A stretch of DNA of 64,000 bases, from contig CAXHJY010001736.1 in assembly GCA_964016885.1 (NCBI GenBank), positions 1 to 64,000 on the forward strand. The letters are read 5' to 3'. Every line of letters starts with the position of its first letter. Position 1 is the stretch's first letter. Below the pieces are notes generated by a model. The model was not told the DNA's origin, ran no database searches, and saw only the letters and a list, made by a program, of their open reading frames with translations. This document shows positions 57,437 through 64,000 of this stretch, piece after piece. This stretch comes from Eledone cirrhosa. Taxonomy: Eukaryota. Made by a program: the position numbers and the translations under genes.

Positions 57437-58535
57437 ATATATAGGTGTGTGTGTGGATGTATAGATGTGTGTGTGTGTGGATGTATAGATGTGTGTGTGG
57501 ATATATAAGTGTGTGTATGTGTGTGTGGATGTATAGATGTGTGTGTGTGTGTATCTAGATGGGCTGTGTGTGTGTGGATGTATAGAAGGTGTGAGTGTGT
57601 GGATGTATAGATCTGTGTGTGTGTGGATGTATAGATGTGTGTGTGTGTGGATGTATAGAAGGTGTGTGTGTGTGTGTATATAGATGGGCTGTGTGTGTGT
57701 GGATGTATAGATGTGTGTGTATGTGTGTGGATGTATAGAAGGTGTGAGTGTGTGGATGTATAGATCTGTGTGTGTGTGGATGTATAGAAGGTGTGTGTGT
57801 GTGGATGTATAGAAGGTGTGTGTGTGTGTGTATATAGATGGGCTGTGTGTGTGTGGATGTATAGATGTGTGTGTATGTGTGTGGATGTATAGAAGGTGTG
57901 TGTGTGTGGATGTATAGAAGGTGTGTGTGTGTGTGTATATAGATGGGCTGTGTGTGTGTGGATGTATAGATGTGTGTGTATGTGTGTGGATGTATAGAAG
58001 GTGTGTGTGTGTGGATGTATAGAAGGTGTGTGTGTGTGTGTATATAGATGGGCTGTGTGTGTGTGGATGTATAGATGTGTGTGTATGTGTGTGGATGTAT
58101 AGAAGGTGTGTGTGTGTGGATGTATAGAAGGTGTGAGTGTGTGGATGTATAGATGGGCTGTGTGTGTGTGGATGTATAGATGTGTGTGTATGTGTGTGGA
58201 TGTATAGAAGGTGTGAGTGTGTGGATGTATAGATCTGTGTGTGTGTGGATGTATAGATGTGTGTGTGTGTGGATGTATAGAAGGTGTGTGTGTGTGTGTG
58301 TATATAGATGGGCTGTGTGTGTGTGGATGTATAGATGTGTGTGTATGTGTGTGGACGTATAGAAGGTGTGTGTGTGTGGATGTATAGAAGGTGTGTGGAT
58401 GTATAGATGTGTGTGTGTGTGGATGTATAGATGTGTGTGTATATAGATGGGCTGTGTGTGTGTGGATGTATAGAAGGTGTGTGTATGTGTGTGGATGTAT
58501 AGGTGTGTGTGTGTGTGTATGGAGGTGTGGGTGTA
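56700..58535. repeat. (GT)n-derived minisatellite (ggatgtatagaaggt(gt)n)
   Basis: Direct observation. Confidence 0.95.
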
Positions 58536-58602
58536 TGTTCCTCCAACAACATATTGTCCACAGCAAACACAGCTTCTCTATATCTAGGAGAAATGTTCCA
58601 AT

Positions 58603-59090
58603 AATTGTTTCTACTTTAGGCACAAGGCCAGCAAATTACCCAGTACATTACTGGTACTTTATTTTATCGACCCCGTAAGGATGAAAGGCAAAGTTAACCT
58701 CGGCGGGATTTGAACTCAGACTGTAAAGGGACGTAACTATGCTAGAAAGCATGGCGTCCAACCCTCTACCGATACTGCCAATTCACCAATGACAGCTGGA
58801 AGGAAACACTTCACATAGGAACGCCACTTCACGTAATAATAAAAATACTTGTTTCTACTTTTGCCACAAGGCCATCAATTATCCCAGTGCATTACTGGTA
58901 CTTTATTTTATCGACCCCGTAAGGATGAAAGGCAAAGTTAACCTCGGCGAGATTTGAACTCAGAATGGCAAGGGCCGTAACTCTATGCGTCAAAGCATGG
59001 CGTCCGACCGTCCACCAATACTGACAACCCACCGCCAATAATGATAATTGTTTCTACTTTTGGCACAAGGCCAGCAATTACTCAGTGCAT
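58603..59090 (-). mobile_element. Cluster of SINE S1 copies (58603-58783, 58849-59036, tail 59047-59090)
   Basis: Match to 5142-5328. Confidence 0.85.
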
Positions 59091-59632
59091 AATAACAATA
59101 ATAATAGTAATGATGATGACGATGATGATGGTGGTGACGATGATGGTGGTGGTGGTGGTGGTGGTGATGGTGATGGTGGTGATGATGATGTCGGTGATGA
59201 TGATGATGACGGTGATGGTGGTGATGTTGGTGATGATGATGATGTCGGTGATGGTGATGATGATGATGATGATGTCGGTGATGGTGATGGGAATGATGAT
59301 GATGTCGACGATGATGATGTCGACGATGATGATGATATCATGTGATGATGTCATCGTCGTTGTCTTTCTGTCAGCAACTGGGTCAAGTAGTTAATCTTTT
59401 CCCCTCCATTTTCCACCTCTCAGCAGCCTCCATTGTCCTTGTGTGACACTGATATTAAATATATGGATCTAATCCGCCACACTTGCTTCCGCTCTTTCAT
59501 CAAATATATTGTAGAAGAATCTTTTCACATACACCGGAAGCTGCTACTTGTTTCCAGGAAGCCTCCACGGCTAGAAATAGCAACGAAATTCCACTCAAAC
59601 CACCCACACCTTACCATACCATTATCATATTT

Positions 59633-59741
59633 GGCAGTATCAGTAGAGGGTCGGACGCCATGCTTTCCAGCATAGTTACGTCCCTTTACGATCTGAGTTC
59701 AAATCCCGCCGAGGTTGACGTTGCCTTTCATCCTTACGGGG
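59633..59741 (+). mobile_element. SINE S1, 3'-truncated at (TA)n
   Basis: Head plus half of the central domain. Confidence 0.8.
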
Positions 59742-59785
59742 TATATATATATGTAAGTATGTTTTGAAACAGTGAGCGAGTTTGA

Positions 59786-59997
59786 AATTAGAAATATAAG
59801 CTTTCACCGTATTTTTTTACTAAAGAAATTTTTTAGCCTAATAGTGGGGTTTAGAACCCTCAGAGATATGGGAAAAGATGAGTGTTGACGTACATGTACG
59901 TCAACACTCATCTTTTTCCATATCTCTGAGGGTTCTAAACCCCACTATCAGGCTAAAAAATTTCTTTAGTAAAAAATACGGTGAAAGCTTATATTTC

Positions 59998-60002
<5 letters not shown>
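59786..60002. repeat. Spacerless ~217-bp palindrome
   Basis: Centre gacgtaca|tgtacgtc at 59894/59895; only a few mismatches; ends in (TA)n. Confidence 0.9.
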
Positions 60003-60031
<29 letters not shown>

Positions 60032-60038
<7 letters not shown>

Positions 60039-61932
60039 ATACTTGCGGAGGGTCATATTTGTGTAATATTGCCAGAATTAATAATAGAACACACTCACTG
60101 TTTGGTTGGTTTTCGCTTCTCGCTGTCTTTTATATCTGCGATCTAACTTACTCGGTCCTCAATGTTGCCATTGACTGACCGACGGTCAAAAATAATACAG
60201 ATACAATATAGACACAAACACATATATATAGTTTATCATAAATCTTTCGTTGCACATCTGCAACATCGTCAGTGGTGTTATCGTTTCCTCCTGTTGTATT
60301 GTATGTCTACGCCATTTTTATTCAGTCTGTCTATATATTTATTTATTTATTTGCTTGTTTGTTTATTTTATTTTGTCTTCTTTGCGCATGCGTTTGCGTG
60401 TGTGTGTAGTGTTTTGTTTGCTGTGTGATGGGTGACTAGTGTGTGTTTATGTGCTTGTTGTTATTGTGCTTGTGTATGTATTTATTTATTTATTTATTTT
60501 ATTTTATTTACTTATTTATACTTCTCTTAGGTCAGTGGTGTTTATTTGGGTGTTGTTGTTATTCCATTCATTCTTTCTGTTTAGTCTCTTTAGTCTTCTA
60601 ATTTCTATTTCACTGGCCTCTCTGATTTGCCTATCTGCTGGGTCATTTCTATGTTTAGATATTATTCTAATTTCTATGTTGTCTATGTTACCGTCATGTT
60701 GTTGTCTAGCATGTTCGTATAGTACTGACCCGTTTTTTCGTCCTTTTAGTTCCCCCCAGTGTTGGTCTATCCTTTCACCTATGCTACGAGCTGTCTCACC
60801 TATGTATGTTGTTGTCATGTTTCTGCAAGTACCCTCTGTACATCTTATGCTATAGACTACGTTTCTAGTTTTACAGTTTATCCGGGGGTTTACCTTACAT
60901 ATGATACATTTCCTATTGGTACAGTGGGTTTTCTTAAAAGGGTAGGTTTTGCTGATCAGGGATTTTATGGTGGTTCCTGGCTTTTCTACCACCTTAATTT
61001 TTAAGTGGGTCTTTCTCGGGGCCTTTCTACACTGGTTAGCTAATTTCCCTCCAGGGGTAGCGTCCACAAACATGACACTCTGGTATCTCTGGTTGTCGTA
61101 CCATGAGGTGTCTTTCCCTATCTTATGTCTAGCCTTATCTAAGCTACTCCATGATTTGCTCCTCTATAATGGGCAAATTCCTTTCATGTCCAGTTCTATG
61201 AGGGTCTTATACTTTTCCATGGCTCCTTCGTATACTCTGACTCTGTCTCTTTGGTTGTAGCCAGAGAACTGCATGCGGTTGATGAAGTGTTAGATGTGTC
61301 TTTCCATTTCTGTTGGGTCGCACATGCGGGACACATTCTTCATCACTCGTACCAAATCTGCGATCAGAATATTAAACTTAGCACTACTGGACATTGCTGA
61401 GTTTTTGAGTATCAGGTATTTGGAGGCCATGGGTTTAGCATAGTGTGAGTGGAGAATTTTGGCTCTCTCGTCTATAGTGTTAATCCAGAATTCTGTGTCT
61501 AATACAGGTAGTCTATTGTTAGGGTGTTTGGAAGGGAAGTCGATAGTTACAGTTATACTCTGGTGTATGGAATTAGCTATCTGCTGGATTTCTATTGTGC
61601 TAAGTTCTAAATCAAACTTGTTAGTGCTCTCTTGTGGGGATGTTCTTATAACTATATTGATATCGTCTACATAACGAGAGTACATGATGAGGTCTATGGA
61701 GCTCTCATTAAGGAGATCTTTAAGTCTCCTTTCCCACCACACCATGAAAAGGTTGGCAACATCACCAGCTATGCTGACGCCAATGGCTGCTCCCTCATTT
61801 TGGGTGTAGATCTTCTTGTTGAACTTAAATATGTGGCCCTTTAGGGTAGTTTTGATACTAGCCCCTATTGCATGTGCAACCATTTTTCTTACCTGATCAT
61901 TGTTTTGGAGGGTCCGTATAGCTTTGGTCCAC
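60032..61932 (-). mobile_element. 5'-truncated Penelope-like element (RT + C-terminal GIY-YIG + pLTR)
   Basis: RT motifs GAAIG, YSRYVDDI and LPVLD; one reading frame with stops at ~61290 and ~61165; Cys linker C..KC..C; GIY-YIG VVYSIRC..C...YIGET...R..QH..E..I...LN; 3' region with a hammerhead and tataaa, ending at (TA)n. Confidence 0.92.
60235..60276 (-). ncRNA. Hammerhead ribozyme in the Penelope 3' region (family M)
   Basis: Reverse complement acca-CTGACGA-t-gttgca(gatg)tgcaac-GAA-AGATTT-A-tgat: perfect 6-bp stem II, near-palindromic stem III. Confidence 0.8.
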
Positions 61933-62027
61933 ATTATTTAGTAAACCCCCCCCCCCCCCCGAAAGGGATGAAAATGTGAAGTTGACCTCGACGGGAGTTG
62001 AACTCAGATCTCAGAGCTGAAACGAAT

Positions 62028-62859
62028 ACTATACATACATGCATACACACACATACATATACATGCATACACACACATACATATACATACACACACACAC
62101 ACATACATACATACATATACATACATACACACATACATATACATACACACACACATACACACACATACATATACATGCATACACACACATACATATACAT
62201 ATACATACACACATACATATACATGCATACACACACATACATATACATGCATACACGCACATACATATACATACATACACACACACATATACATACATAT
62301 ACATACATACACACATACATATACACACACACACACACATATACATACATACACACATACATATACATACACACACACATACATATACATACATACACAC
62401 ACACATACATATACATACACATACATATACATACATACACACACATACATATACATACACACACACACACACACATATACATACATACACACATACACAT
62501 ACATACACACACACATATACATACACACACACATACATATACATACATACACATACACACACACATATACATACATACACATACATATACATACATATAC
62601 ATACACACACACACATACATATACATACATACACACACACTGACATATATAAATATTTTACACATTACATACACGCTCACACACACTTACACACATACAT
62701 ACACATAATACTCCTTCACATACACACACACACACACGGACATATATACATATTTTACAAACATACATAAATATTTTACACATTACACACACACACACAT
62801 ACATATTTTACTGATACATACACGAATATACGCACACATGGACACATACACACACCTAC

Positions 62860-62894
<35 letters not shown>

Positions 62895-63085
62895 CACACG
62901 CACACACCTTCACACACACTCACACACACACCTTACACCTACACACATTTTACACCTACACACCTCACACCTACACACAGACACACATCTACACACCTTC
63001 CCACACACACCTTACACACATACACCTACACACACACTTTCACACACCATACACACCTTCACACTCACACACACATACACACACA
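62028..63085. repeat. (CA/TA)n compound microsatellite
   Basis: Direct observation. Confidence 0.95.
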
Positions 63086-63315
63086 GTTTCATGTGTTGAC
63101 CCTCATACGTCAATAATAACTACAAGTACAGAAACAGTTGACGTCACGTGATTTCCAGTCGTTCCCGTTTCCAAGGGAAATCTTCCTCTTCTTATTTCTA
63201 CTGATATTTACAACCGACATTTTTTCCCCCCCACACAAGGTTGTTTCAGTACAAGTTTAGTCCTTTGTGTGTCGTATATCCAACCGTGTATTTACTATAA
63301 ATAGATTGTATCTAT

Positions 63316-64000
63316 GTGTGGCTTAGTGGTAAGGGTGTTGGACTTATGAACATAATGTCGTGGGTTCGATTCCTGAATTGGGTTGAGTGTTGTGTTGTGT
63401 TCTTGGGTAAAACACTTTATTTCATGTTGTTCCAGTATACTTTTAACCCTTTAGAATTCTCTCACGTCTTTCTGTTCAAACCGGCCATAACCGGCCACTC
63501 ATACTTATTTATGTTAAGGTGTTGTTATCAAAATCTCATAGATTCGATATTGCGTGAGATAATTATGAGAAATAAAGTGTTTACCATGATAATACAATTG
63601 TAAATATAGAGTAATGTAAATGCAGGGTGTTTGACTTTTCCGGTATATTCAACTGAAAATGAGTACCTGCAATAGATGTGAATTTAACCCTGTAGTGGAC
63701 TGGCGTCCTGCCCAGGTAAGAGGTCTTGTACTCCCAGTCTTTTAACACCATGGAGACATGTGGCATTGTGGTAAGGTGTTGTATAATTAGCTGGTTTAAG
63801 TAAAGACGTGTGGCCTAGTGGTAAGTGTGTTAGACTTACAAATATAATGTCCTGGACTGGGTTGTGTGTTGTGTTCTTGAGCAAGACACTTCATTTCACG
63901 CTGCTCCAGTGTAATTAGCTGGTTTAAGTAAAGACGTGTGGCCTAGTGGTAAGTGTGTTAGACTTACAAATATAATGTCCTGGACTGGGTTGTGTGTTGT
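63316..64000 (+). mobile_element. SINE S2 copies (63316-63435, 63807-63912, 63935-end) with an inserted piggyBac-like MITE
   Basis: gtggc(t/c)tagtggtaag A-box, ggttcgattcc B-box in the first copy, gtgttcttg(g/a)g(t/c)aa(a/g)acactt; local ~128-bp tandem duplication. Confidence 0.7.

Overview
Eukaryotic (animal) non-genic DNA; the SINE families and extreme microsatellite load look cephalopod/octopus-like (inference, not verified). I could not support any host gene exon, and almost all long ORFs in the track are microsatellite artefacts. The window is a mosaic of simple repeats, minisatellites and decayed transposons: a near full-length R4/Dong-clade non-LTR element in (TACA)n, RTE LINE pieces, six co-oriented copies of an RTE-derived non-autonomous element, a Penelope-like element (RT + GIY-YIG), tRNA-derived SINEs, Tc1, mariner, hAT, piggyBac-like MITEs and two Helitrons. 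The main hidden signal is about 16 minimal type-I hammerhead ribozyme cores (CUGANGA-stem II-GAAA-short, often palindromic stem III-UH) from about ten unrelated short families. Most lie next to (TA)n tracts, many within head-to-head palindromes whose ribozyme-sense strands point outward into (TA)n. One family has a 431-nt tandem monomer resembling a non-LTR retrozyme. All coordinates and folds were read by eye.
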